Origin: the human T2T-CHM13v2.0 reference genome, Homo sapiens
Length of the DNA stretch: 64,000 nt
Strand: one strand, 5' to 3'
NCBI RefSeq assembly: GCF_009914755.1
Contig: NC_060941.1
A model generated the notes under the pieces. It did not search any database. It was given only the letters and a program-made list of their open reading frames with translations, and was not told the DNA's origin. Both the position numbers and the translations under genes were made by a program. How positions within the stretch are numbered: position 1 is the first letter of the stretch; each line of letters opens with the position of its first letter. This document shows, piece by piece, positions 42,113-55,540 of the stretch.

Positions 42113-43684
42113 CTCTAAGATGGTCTCAATTCTCCCTAAAGGCCAGCATTCCTCTGCAAGAGACTGGAGAACCTGGCGTGTATCTGTGTAAGAAAACCCT
42201 CTGTGGAGAGCTGGTAGGGCCATATGGCCCCCAAAGAACAAAATAGAATAAGCCGGTATGGGGGACTAGACAGGGGCATGTCCAGGTGCCAGGGAACATG
42301 AGTACCGGTAGGCAGCTCCACCAAGCCTGGCTGCTGACGGCAGAGAGCAGACTGGGGGAGTCCAGGCATAAAGGCCAAGGTGTGACCTTGACCCCCAAAG
42401 GAGTAGAGGAGAGACCGAGGCAGCAGGACTCTGGCTGGGGCTGACAGCCCAAAGTCTCTCCTACAGAGCAGTGGTCAGTGCCCGAGGAGCATTAGAAGGG
42501 CACTCCCTCAGGGTAGCTCCCCCCGCCCTGCCACCCCTCCCCATCACTGCCCCCACTCAGGAAGCAGAGGCTGGCTTCCCCGAGCCAGGAATTCCTAGAC
42601 CCCCAGGGTGTCTGTGATCATCTCTATCCGCAACCCCCACCCCCACCCCCCGCCGCTTCCCACGTCAAGGAGACCTCACTGCCAACTCTTGGGAACCTTC
42701 ATTGCTGGCATCTGCTAGAGATGGCCCCTGGGACCTTCAGGGCCTCAGACACCCACCCACACACCCACCCCAATTTCCCAGACCATGCAACAGTGTCCTT
42801 GAGAGGCCTCTCAGAGCAGGGCAGGATCGTGAGCTTGGGGGCTTCACAGACCTGGGATGGAAAACAGCACTTACAGTTGCCTGGCCTTGAACAAGCCACC
42901 CTCCCAGGCCTGAGGTTTGCTTGTCTATTCCGCAGAGGGGATGACACCGCCCCCACCCCCAGAACTGCTGGGAAGGGGAGCCATAGGGTGACATGCAGAC
43001 AGCACCTGAGACAGAGCTTTCCCCTCCTCTCCACAGCCTCCCGCCCCACCCTGCTCCGTGAGTGGAGTGATCACATCTTCCGCACCCAAAATTGAAACAC
43101 GTGGTTTGACAAAGGATTTCTGGGCTCTTGCTAGATACACAAGGGGGTTTGAAGGATTCCATCTGAATGTCAAAATGGCAGGAAATCCACATCCTGCAGG
43201 TGAAGCTGACTTTGAAAACAGGACTGCTCTGGGACTCCAGAGTGAGTCTCCTCCACAGACACAAGGGTTGGTCCTGCCTGACCCCAGATATCCAGCCTTC
43301 CCCCTCACCTGCTACCTTGCCCATTACCTGAGGCCTGGGCTGCAGGGTGCCCACCCCCATCCTTGATGCAGCAACAAGGACTGAACGTCCCTGGCTCAGC
43401 ATGGAGCTGGTGCCAAGAGCAGCCCACCAGGCAGAGGAAGAGAACTGAATCCACCACTACTGCGGAGGGAAACGATGCAATTCATAAAAAGCATCAGACC
43501 CTCCCCGGCCCCGGCATCACTGCAGGTGGAGACAGACCCCAAACAGGTGCCTGGGCTTCCACTACAAATCACCCTATTGGGAAAAAAAGGGTGAAAGATC
43601 TCTATAATGGAAAACCATGACTCAGTTCTGTTGGTTTGTTTGTTTTTTAAGGCAAAGCTCTCAGCTCTGCAAAACAATCCCAGG

Positions 43685-44000
43685 GTCCTTATAATTTAAT
43701 CAAAAGGTGGGGCATTTGGTCCACCCTGAAGAGCCAGGCATCATTTTCTGGATGTCTGTTCAGCTGGAAGGAGAATGAATCTCTTCCTTTCTAAAACAAT
43801 AAAAAGGTGGATAATTAGCGTGTAATGGTTAATGGGTAATTTTACAGGGGCGAGCTGAGTTCATAACATCATTCTGAATATATTTGCATTTAACTGAACT
43901 CCTTTTTTCTGTCTCTCTTCTGTGATTTTTTTTGTTGTCACTGTAATTATTTTAATTGAGATCTTCCTGTAATGAAAACAAAGAACAATGTCTGTGGGAG
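43685..44000. promoter_or_regulatory. candidate enhancer (POU octamer, SOX, homeobox cluster)
   Basis: ATTTGCAT (43882-43889), AACAAT (43795-43800 and about 43984), many TAAT cores, ATCAAAAG; AT-rich island in GC-rich flanks. Confidence 0.5.
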
Positions 44001-44149
44001 GCTTCTGAGGTGGCCGTGAGCTTGGCGGTGCCTCCTCTCCCAAGTCAGCTCAGGGTCCGCAAGCCCCTCACTCAGCCTCTGGAGGCCTCTGCCCTCTCCA
44101 CCTGCTCTCTCACTCGGCTCCACTGACGACAGGAACAGGCAGGGAGGCT

Positions 44150-45065
44150 TTGTGTATGCGTGTGTGCCTGTGTGTGTGAGGGCTTCTGTGTGCATGTGTG
44201 TGCATGTGCCCATGTGTGTGCATGTATATGCATGTGGGGTGTGCGTGCGTTCATGTGTGTGCATGTGTGTGAGCGTGTCCGTGTGTGTATGTATATGCAT
44301 GTGGGGTGTGTGTGTGTCCATGTGTATGCACGTACATGCGTGTGGGGTGTGTGTGTGTCCATGCGTGTGTGCATCCATGTGTGTGCATGTATATGCATGT
44401 GGGGTGTGTATGCATTCGTGTGTGTGTGCGTGTATGCATGTATGATGTGTACATGTGTGTGCATGTACGTGTGTGTGCATCCATGTGTGCCCGTGTGTGT
44501 GCATGTATATGCATGTGGGGGTGTGTGTGTGTCCATGTGTATGCACGTACATGCATGTGGGGTGTGTGTGTGTCCATGCGTGTGTGCATCCATGTGTGTG
44601 CACGTATATGCATGTGGGGTGTGTATGCATTTGTGTGTGTGCACGTGTGTGCATGTATGATGTGTACATGTGTGTGCATGTACGTGTGTGCATCCATGTG
44701 TGCCCATGTGTGTGCATGCATATGCATGTGGGTGTGTGTGTGTCCATGTGTATGCACGTACATGCATGTGGGGTGTGTGTGTGTCCATGCGTGTGTGCAT
44801 CCATGTGTGTGCATGTATATGCATGTGGGGTGTGTATGCATTCGTGTGTGTGCGTGTGTGCATGTATGATGTGTGCATGTGTGTGCATGTACGTGTGTGT
44901 GCATCCATGTGTGCCTGTGTGTGTGCATGTATATGCATGTGGGGGTGTGCGTGCACCCATGTGTGTCCACGTATATGCATGTGGGGTGCGCATGTGTTCA
45001 TGTGTGCATGCATGCATGTGCGTGTATGCACGTGTGTGTGCATGTGCATGCTTTCGTGTGTGCAT
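44150..45065. repeat. higher-order RY-rich tandem repeat (about 210-bp period, 3+ copies)
   Basis: Marker TATGATGTG recurs at 44441, 44656, 44865; subunits end ATGCATGTGGGG. Confidence 0.9.
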
Positions 45066-45097
45066 TTGCCTTCCTTCACTGACCCTCACCTGTTCCA

Positions 45098-45253
45098 GGA
45101 CAGAGTCTTGCTATGTTGTCCAGGCTGGACAGTGCAGTGGCTATTCACAGGCGTGATCACAGCTCACTGCAGCCTCGATCTCCTAGCCTCAAGTGATCCT
45201 CCCGCCTCAGCCTCTGAGTAGCTGGGACCACAGGTGTCTGCTACTGCACCAGC
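45098..45253 (-). mobile_element. FAM (fossil Alu monomer)
   Basis: Retains the 7SL-derived GGCTATTCACAGGCGTGATC segment that FRAM and dimeric Alu lack. Confidence 0.8.
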
Positions 45254-47439
45254 TTCAGTGCAGACGTGCAAAGGTACAAAGTGAACACTCAGGAAGCTCA
45301 GAGAGAGCCTGTGGTCCCCAGGAAAGGCAGCTCAAAGGCAGCTTCTAGGGATAAGGCCAGCAAAGAGCTTCAGGCTGTGCATCACATGTCGACCACCTTG
45401 GCTTTGGGGTCCTAAATGTACCAAACACAGGGAGGATGGGAAGAGGTGCCTGCTCACAGAAGCCTCTGTCCCAGCACAGAGGGGGCTGCCCTCGTTTCTT
45501 CAGCTCCCTGTCTCTCCACATGGTCACCAGGAGCATTGCTCAGGAAGGCCAGTCCCTGGGAAGGAACAGTAACCTTCCCAGAATGAAAGCCGCAGTCTAA
45601 GCCACAATGGGGCCATCTGTGAGGCTGACAGGGCCTCAGCACAGCTGGGGACACAAGCAGGCAGCAGACCCTGGAAGACTCCATCCCTGGAAGTCCTGAT
45701 CAGGAGGGGCACCGGCCCACCCACTCAGCCCAGCCCAGCAGGGCACCTCTCCCAGAGCCGGTCCCTTCTCCCTCTGCCCCAGTAACAAACCTTTCCTCCC
45801 AGGAGTGCTGAGTGGCTGGGGGGTGGGGCAGAGGAAACTCCACCCTGATTTTTCATTGTTTTTACAGAAAAGTTAGTTTCTGCCAAAAGGAAAAAATTAA
45901 AATGGGAACAGCCTCCCCCACCCCTGGGGAATTGTTATTCTCTTGATTAAGCCCTCGCCTGGCCTGGCCACCGATGCTGTGCCTGGCAAATCCTCTCTCC
46001 TCCTTAGCTAAAGAAGGCCTTCCCGCTTCCTGCTCAGAAGGCCCAGGCCTTGTTGGAGTTTGAAGCCAAAGCAAAAAAGAGGCAGGACCAGTCGACCTGG
46101 GCGTGAGCAGGAGGGGCCCGGAGAGAGGGCCCCAGTGCACAGCCATGACCCAGGACCACCTCCGGACCCCACCCACCCCTCTGGACACACAAGTTAGGGT
46201 TCTGATTCTGAAAAGTTGTCATTGAGTCTCTGCAGCCTCCAAGGCTCCGTCAGTCCTAAAGTTTATCCTCCCTCCCTCTCCTTGGAGAACCAGCCCACTC
46301 AGGCTCACCGTGAAAGCCGCTGAGCTGTGGGCGTTCTATTTTCCCTTTCCGGCCTCCTCTGAGTCACAGTGCTGGGAGGAGGGGGAAGCCACTCTTGGAG
46401 ATGGGCCCTCTTCTCCCCTTCTTGGAAGGCCCTGGGGGTAACTGGCTTTTGATCCCCTACCCCAGCCTGTGGGTGGATGGCTGCACCCTGCTGTGCCCAG
46501 GCCAGTGTCCCTTCCCAGCCTGGCCCAGCTCGGCACATCCTGGCTCCCTGCTTCCCTGTCCCAGGCAGGTGATGTCTTCAAGCATCTGTCTCTGCTATTT
46601 GGGGAGGTCAGGTAGGGGTGGGTAGGGTTGACGCCTGGGCCGATAGTAAGTTGAAATGCTGGGAGGAGAGAACAGGAGACGTTCACCCCTCCCACCACCT
46701 CCAGAGAAATCCAAGGCAGAAGTGAGGCAAAGGCCAACGGGGCTGTATACAGGGCCGAAGGGGAAGGTGCAGGTGCGGGCACTGCCCGCAGCCCATTCCA
46801 TTTCCGGGCTTGCTGACTGAGCTCCCACTGCCAGTGCCTGCGCCTCTTTCTCTGGCCACGAGCGCAGCAGACCAGAAGTGCCAGGGAAGCAACACCTGCC
46901 CCCAGCCAAAGCAGCCCTCAGTCAAAGCCCAGCAGGGTTTGGTGCATGAATGCCCCAGGTCCCTGGGTCCTGAGGGATGAGCCTCCACCTGCCTCCCAAA
47001 GGTTCTGGCAGGACTGCGCTCCAGCCACCTGCAGTGGTAACCGGCTTCACAGCCCACTTTTTGTGTGCAAAGGTCCTTCCCTTCCCCGGCTCATTTCTCA
47101 CGCCCCTGCCTGTGCCCCTGGGATCACCTCCCAAATAAACTACTGGAACTCAAGTATTTGAGTCAGAGTCTGCTTCGGAGGGAATCCAAAATAAGTTGGG
47201 AGGGGTGGCGATGCTCTAGCCACCTGCTTCTCTGTCCTCTTTCACACAAATGTATCCTGCTTCTTTCCAGATGTCCGGCTTAATGGGACTGGATTTATCT
47301 TCAAAAGTCCTGGTTTGCCTCTGATTGAAAACCAGTGTGCTCCCCATGGTTACGGACGGCTGTGCAGGTTTTTGTTTTGTTGAAGGGAATTGGCTCACTC
47401 TGAGTCAGCCGTGCACCCGGGCTGCTGATGTAGTCTCAG

Positions 47440-47923
47440 TGTGATGGTTAAACTTTAAGTGTCAATTTGACTGGGCTAAGGAATGCCAGACATTATTTCT
47501 GGGAGAGTGTGTGACAATGTTTCCAGGAGATTCGCATTTGAATCAGTAAAGATCTGCCCTCACCAAGGTAGATGGGCATCAGTCAATCCATTGGGAGCCA
47601 ACAGAACACAAAGGCAGAGGAAAAGCACATTTTCTCTCTGCTGGAGCGGGGACAGCCATCTTCTCCCACCCTCGGACACTGGACATTGGAGCTTCTCCTG
47701 GGCCGATGCCAGCACCCGCCTCCTGCCCCCGCCTCGTTCTCAGGTCTTCGGACCCAGGCTGAGTTACAGCGCAGGCTTTCCTGGTCATCCAGCTTGCAGA
47801 CAGCATTTCCTGGGACTTCTTGGCCTCCATAATCGTATGAGCCAATTCCCATAATAAGTCTTCTCTTACATATCTGTATATATCCTACTGGTTCTGTTTC
47901 TCTGGAAAACCCTGACTAATACA
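47440..47923 (+). mobile_element. MLT2B-like ERVL solo LTR
   Basis: TGTGATGGTTAAACTTTAAGTGTCAATTTGACTGGGCTAAGG...GGTTCTGTTTCTCTGGAAAACCCTGACTAATACA. Confidence 0.9.
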
Positions 47924-48013
47924 CCTGGGCTCCATTACCAAAAGTACTGTCTCCTTAAGAAAGGAGATGAGAATAACTCACTCTCCTCCACTCTGGCCTG
48001 ACACCCTCTAGCC

Positions 48014-48517
48014 CAGGGGTCCCCAGCCCCGGGGGACTACTGGACATTGGAGCTTCAGCAGGAAGTGAGCTGTGGGTGAGCGAGTGAAACGTCATCTGTA
48101 TTTACAGCCGCTCCTGATCACTCCCATTGCCCCCGAGCTCTGCCTCCTTTCAGATCAGCAGCGGCATTCAATTCTCAAAGGAGCACAATCCCTATTGTGA
48201 ACTGTGCACATGTGAGGGATCTAGGTTGCACGCTCCTTGTGAGAATCTAACGCCTGATGATCTGTCACTGTCTCCCATCACCCCCAGATGGGACCATCTA
48301 GTTGCAGGAAAACAAGCTCAGGGCTCCCTCTGATTCTACGTTATGGTGAGTTGTATAGTTATTTCATCGTATATTACAATGTAATAATAACAGAAATAAA
48401 GTGCACAGTCAAAGTAATGCGCTTAAATCATCCCGAAACCATCCCCTGCCCCTAGTCCATGGAGAAATTGTCTTCCACGAAAATGATCCCTGGTGCCAAA
48501 AAGGTTGAGGATCACTG
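48014..48517 (+). mobile_element. MER1A (hAT-Charlie)
   Basis: CAGGGGTCCCCA...GGTTGAGGATCACTG termini; 8-bp TSD CTCTAGCC / CTCTGGCC. Confidence 0.93.
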
Positions 48518-48656
48518 CTCTGGCCTATTATTTAGTTTTGGTAAAAGGAGGAACAGGAGAGCAGAGAGTAAATCATATCACAGGGAACTAACTAGGAAGG
48601 TAAAGGTTGAAATCAGGCTTCTTGAAAAATTATTAGGACTGGAGAAGACAAACTCA

Positions 48657-49025
<369 letters not shown>

Positions 49026-49050
49026 AGAAATAGATGCACTCTGTGGGCCT

Positions 49051-49380
49051 CGTCTTAGCCCATTTGTGCTTCTATAAGAAAACACCTTAGACTCTTCTTA
49101 CAGTTCCGGAGGTTGGCAAGTCCAAGATCGAGGCACTGCGTTGGTGTCTAGTGAGGGCTGCTGTCTCTCCAAGATGGCACCTTGGGGCTGCACCCTCACA
49201 TGGCAGAAGGTGGAAGGGCAAGAGAGCACTCCCTTCAATCTCAGGACCCATATAATAGTGCTGATGCCATTCATGAAGGTGGGGCCCTCATGATTCAATC
49301 ACCTCCCAAAGGACACACCTCTTAATACTCTTGCACTAGGATTAAGTTTCAATGGGAATCTGGAGGGGATGCCATCATTC
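49051..49380 (-). mobile_element. MST (C/D-like) MaLR LTR
   Basis: ACAGTTCCGGAGGTTGGCAAGTCCAAGATCGAGG...AATCACCTCCCAAAGG...CCTCTTAATAC. Confidence 0.8.
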
Positions 49381-51216
49381 ACGAGGGATAAAGCTAAGAT
49401 GAGTGAGTGAAAGCTCTAGGAATATGGATTTTCAGTCTCATAGCTGCCTCAAGATATCGTCAGCTGCTGTTGGAAGGTTGCTGAGGTCCTCATCACAGGA
49501 GGCATTCGAATACTGGAAAACTAATTTTGGAGAATAGCACAAGAGGACTCAGTTCAAGACTAAGACTTTGGGGTTTTCCCTGGCAGGTTTTAATTTGGCC
49601 CCATGGGTAAAATGATGGATTACTGTCTCTTTGATCTGACATGTGATAATACTCATTGAACATCGATTCAGATGGGAGGCTGAGCCCTGCATGGGAGAAA
49701 GAGCAGAAAGCTGTGTGGGAAGGAGTGTGGTGGGAATGGTAGCAGCCTCAGCCTCTCCGTGCTCAGCAGGTAATCAGACCTTCCCCGACAGAAGGCAGCT
49801 CACCCGTTAGGTTGTTCCCCTACCTCGCTGTCTGGGGAATCCCAGTCCCCCATTCCCCCTGCCCCCACCACCCCAGCAGCTGATTGAAAAAATCTTCCCA
49901 CTACAAATAAGGGGTCCCTATAGAGTCTGGGATCTAGCATGTTCTGCTTTCTGTTGCACTTTGGGGATCAGTCTAATGCCCCAGGGATGCAATAGTGCTC
50001 CTGACTCTGAAGTCAAAGGACCTTTTGCTGCCTGTCACTCAACCATAACTGGAGCTGACTGGGCTGATCTGTCCAGACAGCGCTCCCAACCTCCCTCCCT
50101 GGGTGACCTCCAAAGCTGCACCCTGTTCTCAGGAGGCATCTTCCCCGGCCAGAATCTCCATGCAAACCCCAAGGTTCTGTTGGAGGATACTGCAGGGTGG
50201 TCACGCCTCTGAGATGACTCTGCGGACCCTCCCAGCCCTGAGATCCCACGAGGCTTTCCTACCTAGGCCTCTGGAATGCCAGGAAAGGAAAGCCAAATGC
50301 TCAGGGCTCCTCACGCTCGCCCCAGTCCCTGGCAGAAGGGAAGCTGCCCTAAGTCTCGCTGGCTGCGGCAGTCCTCCTGGCTGCTGAGTGACTCATCAGC
50401 CTCAGCAGAGCCTACTGTGACTGGCGTAGCTCCTCCCACGCTTGCCCTGACCACCCCACTGGGAGAAGGTTCTCAGAACAGATAAGAACTAAGTAGCAGT
50501 TACTCTTGGCCTCTCTAAGGCAGGGGGACAAAACGGACCAGGCTGACCAGAGGCAAAACCATGGAGCAGGTGAAGGATGGTCCCAGACCCCTCTCTTCTG
50601 CCAGCTCCTCCCACCCTCTTGCCATCCAAAGCAACCCCATTCCCAAGTGGGGGAGCCTCTTTGAGCTCCTTACCCCAATCAGCCCTTCCTCCTACAGGGG
50701 CTGCATGCCCCCAGGAGCCCCCTCTGTCCTTGCCTCCCCTAGCCCCATTTCTTCATTGCCCCCCTTAACTGGAGGCCTGGAGGAAGACAAGTGTGTCAGG
50801 GAAAATAGTGCAAGACCTTGGAATAGGCAAAAAAGATGAATGGGTATCTATCTAGCACACCTTTTGAGGTTATCTTCATTTTTCATTGTCTTTGAGCTAT
50901 TTTGCCACTCTGCAAGTTGTAGGAAACTCATAATCATGCAAATGGCCCTTATCCATAGCAACACAAATGAATTGCATCCAGTGGAATGTGGTTGAATACA
51001 GTGGAGTATCCTGCAGAATGCAATTGACTGTTGCCCTGTTGCGTGTTTGTGAATTGACTTCAGCATTCCTTACTGCCTATGTATGTGAGGTTCTTTGAAC
51101 CAGTTGTAACATTGCACTGGTATCTTCCTTAATTAACAAGTTAAATGAAATCACTGGCACGTATTCATTTTATATTTGTATGAGACTCAAGATCTTACCT
51201 TTTATCAAAATTATCC

Positions 51217-51798
<582 letters not shown>

Positions 51799-51846
51799 AA
51801 AAAAAAAAAAACTTTTTAAATAAAATTTTGAAATGATCCTTTAGCA

Positions 51847-51887
51847 AGCTTGAAAGACCACCACACTAATTGGTGGTCTTTCAAGCT
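51847..51887. repeat. perfect 17-bp inverted repeat, 7-nt loop
   Basis: AGCTTGAAAGACCACCA-CACTAAT-TGGTGGTCTTTCAAGCT. Confidence 0.97.
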
Positions 51888-52050
51888 CTGTGGGTAAGAG
51901 CTGGAGGATGGAGCATTTAAGGGTTTCTGTATTTGGAATGTCCAGCAGGAACAGGGAGGGAAAGGGGGCAGCTGTCCCTGTCTACCCTCGACCCTACATT
52001 CTCCTCCAAGCCAACTCTGGCCTTGCCCATTTTCCTTTGAGACCGACTCA

Positions 52051-52204
<154 letters not shown>

Positions 52205-52320
52205 AGAAGTTCCCAGGACTCTGCCTTTAAAAACTGTCCCAGAACCGCCCCACCCCCACCCTGCCACCCCCGCCACTCCGCCTGCCCATCTCTGCAGTTG
52301 CTGAGTAACAGTAAGGTCTT

Positions 52321-52341
52321 GCTGCTGCTGCTGCTGCTGCT
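52321..52341. repeat. (GCT)7
   Basis: Direct inspection. Confidence 0.9.
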
Positions 52342-52584
52342 GTCACTTTTCCCTTGAAATGACTTACAGCACTTACTTAATAACAAGCATTAGGGGATTA
52401 CATGTCCAACACATGCCTTCGGGGTCACATTCAAACCGTAGCTGGGATGATAGCTAAAAGGCACAAGGACTTGGGTTTTTTCCAAGGTGATGAAATTCTC
52501 CAAAGTTGACTTAAGTGACGATTGCACATATCTGTGAATATGCCAAGAACCACCTGCCAAAAACACAACAGGTGAGTCACATGG

Positions 52585-53298
52585 TGACTTCATTTGCCAG
52601 GGCTACTATAACAGAATACAACAGACTGGGTGCCTTCAACCACAGAAACCTATTTCCTCACAGTTCTGGGGGCTGGAAGTCTAAGAGAAGGTGTCAGCAG
52701 GGTTGGTTTCTTCTTTTGTTTTTTTTTTTGAGATGAGGTCTCACTCTGTCTCACTGGCAGTGGTGTGATCATGGCTCACTGCAGCCTCCTGCTCCCAGGC
52801 TCAAGCGATTCTCCCACCTCAGCCCCCCGAGTAGCTGGGACTACAGGTGTGTGCCACCACAGCTGGCTAATTTTTGTACTTTTTGTAGAGATGGGGTTTT
52901 GCCATATTGCCCAGGCTGGTCTTGAATTCCTGGGCTCAAGCGATCCTCCCGCCTCAGCCTCCCAAATGACTGGGATTATGGGCATGAGCCACTGTGCCCG
53001 GCCCACAGGGTCAGTTTCTTCTGAGGCCTCTGGCCCTGAGTTGCAGATGGCCACCTTCTCCTGGTGCCTGGTGTCACAGGGTCCTTCCTCTGCCTGTGGG
53101 CATCTCTGCTGTTTCTGTATGAGTCCAAATCTCCTTCTCTCAGGAGAACATCAATTGTTAGATTGGAGCCCATCCTAACAGGCTCATTTTAACTTAATCA
53201 CCTCTTTAAAGGTCTATTTCCAAATACAGTCACATTTTGAGGGACTGGGGATGAGGGCCTCAACATAAATTTTGGAAGGACACAGTTTAGGCCATATG
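52585..53298 (-). mobile_element. MLT1A-like MaLR LTR split by AluJ
   Basis: CTCACAGTTCTGGGGGCTGGAAGTC...TTAACTTAATCACCTCTTTAAAGG...CCAAATACAGTCACATT. Confidence 0.85.
52714..53003 (-). mobile_element. AluJ
   Basis: TSD CAGGGT(TG/CA)GTTTCTTCT. Confidence 0.93.
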
Positions 53299-54679
53299 AA
53301 TTATATCTCAATGCAACTGTGTTTTAGAAAATGAGCGAAAGATCCCCACAGCTTTTGTCAAACAGGGGGCTCTTATTCCTCTCCAAGGGAGGCCACCATT
53401 TAACTTCCTCCCATATTTCTCCGGAATCAAAGGTGACTGTCTCAGCTTCCCCTAACCTCAAATGGGCAGGCCAGGCCACAGGCAGAGGTTGATGGTTTGG
53501 AGTCTAGCAGACCTGGCTTTTGCACCTGGTGGGACAGGTGGACTCTCTGGGCTTGAAGCATCTCTAGGAGCCTCAACCCCTGCAAGGAGCCAGGTGTCCC
53601 TCCAAACATCCACGAGGAAATCTAACCTGGCTCGCTGACATGTACCAGGCTCTGTTAGGGGAGGTACAAAGGGAGGCGACTGGAGGCGAGTCCCCACAAA
53701 GTAACCTGTGCCCTGCCTTCGGGGGTATCACCAGGGTGGTCGTTGGCCCCGACCTCAGGCGGCTCATAGCCTGGCCAGGACCACCCCACTCAAACCTGAA
53801 CCCAGGCCTAAGGGTGGGTGGGAGAGCTGGGGGGACTGGAGACTGAGCTCCCTCATCCACTCTCTTTCCCCAGCACCACAAGGGCTCCACACAGATGACC
53901 TGAACACAGAACAAATGGGGCTCACCATGGCAGCCGCCAGCAGTGGGTGTCTGAGGCAGGCCCTGGAGGGCCAGCTCCCTCTCCCAAGGCACACCGCCCA
54001 CCAGGCTGCCTGTTGGAGCCTGTAGCCCCTGCCGATGCATCGGAAGGGCGATGCCTCCAAGATTCGGGCCGTCTCTCCTTCTGTTGTGAATTGCTCTCCT
54101 GTGTGCTCCTGGCAGGCCTGGCACCTTCAAAGCATTCTGTGGATATTAACTAATTAGTGTAAACACTGCAATGCAGTGATGACCTATTAGGAGGCTGTTG
54201 TTGGTATCAGATGATTAAAGGTGGTGAAAGCCTCCCCGACAGCTCTTCTGGGACTCAGCTCCAACTTTTCTCCCTGCAAGCCTGGTCTCATGGCCTGGAG
54301 AAGCATAATGAGGTCAGAGTCTGGTGAATTCAGAGTAGGTAAGAAAACGCAGTGCCTGCTGCCTCCGCCAGCTAACCCAAAGAATCTGTGGCAATGGCTG
54401 CTCAAGAGGAAATCTTGGCCTGGACTACAGGAGACAAGAAGTTTGGACTCACGTGTGACCAAAGGATCTGGGACTCCCAGTGTCCATAGGTCAGCGCACA
54501 ACTAGTGCCAAGGAGGACCCTAAAAGGAGAGCCATGCGGCGGGGAGGGTCACAGGAGCCAGGGGGCTGGCTGCTGGGCCCTGCTGGGACACTGACCGGCT
54601 CCCTGATCTCTGGAAAGTCACCTCATTCATTCATTCAACAAACTCTCCAAAGCATTAAAAACATAGATACCTGCATTCT

Positions 54680-55540
54680 TGTCTCATCAGCAAATCACGG
54701 CACTCTTGCCTTCTAAATTTATCCAGAATCAGCCACTTCTTACCTTCCCCAAATATCATCATGCGATGACTCCAGTAGCCTCCCAACAGCTCCCCATGCT
54801 TCCCCTAGCCCCCCGTCCCCCGCAGTGTCGGAACACATCGAGTGTCAACACAGCAACCTCTTTGGCTCAGAAAACCCCAGCGGCCTTCATCCTCATCAGA
54901 GGAAGCACACAACCCTCACAACTTCCTTCTCTCACTCCCAACAGGCCTTCTTGCCTTCCTCCACGGCACCCAGCGCATTCTGCTTTAGGGCCTTGACACT
55001 TGCAGTTCCCTGTGCCTTGAGCCGTCTCCCGCCAGAAACCGTTTGGCTCGCTTCTTCACCTTCCCCAAGAGGTCTTCCCTGTCCACACCATCTAAACAGC
55101 GATCAGCAAACTTTTTCTGGAAAGGGCCAGAATGTAAACATTTTCAGCTTTGCAAGCCGGGCAGTCTCCGCAGCAACTCTTCAACTCCAAGGCAGTCCTC
55201 GGCCACACATGCATGGAGGAAGAGCGCTGTATTCCAATAAAACTTTATTTATAAACACTGGCTACCATGGACTGATTTGACCTAGGGACCGTTGTTTGCC
55301 AACAGCTGATCTAAAAAATCAACTCACCATTCCCTCCTTTCTCCTCAGCTCAGTTGTTCTTGGTGGTATGCATTGACATGTGATATGTAGACAATTGTCT
55401 ACCTCTTTGTCACCTGCCTCTGCCACTGGGACATCAGCTTCACAAGAACAAGGACTCGGTCTATTTTGCTTATTGCTGTATCTCTAAATCCTCAGACAGT
55501 GTCTGGCATACAATCAGCACTCGTATTAAAAATAAATACA
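54680..55540 (+). mobile_element. L2a-like 3' region split by MER58A
   Basis: ATCCAGAATCAGCCACTTCT...TTAGGGCCTTGACACTTGCAGTTCCC...CAGACAGTGTCTGGCATAC. Confidence 0.75.
55097..55308 (+). mobile_element. MER58A (hAT-Charlie)
   Basis: CAGCAAACTTTTTCTGGAAAGGGCCAGA...TTCCAATAAAACTTTATTTA...GTTTGCCAACAGCTG; flanking ATCTAAA duplicated. Confidence 0.85.

Noticed and set aside
43947-45221. Overlapping 180-380 aa His/Thr- and Cys/Val-rich ORFs
   Set aside because: Translation artefacts of the RY tandem repeat, which lacks stops in most frames.
45098-45253. 7SL RNA gene or pseudogene
   Set aside because: Lacks the S domain; length and content fit FAM.
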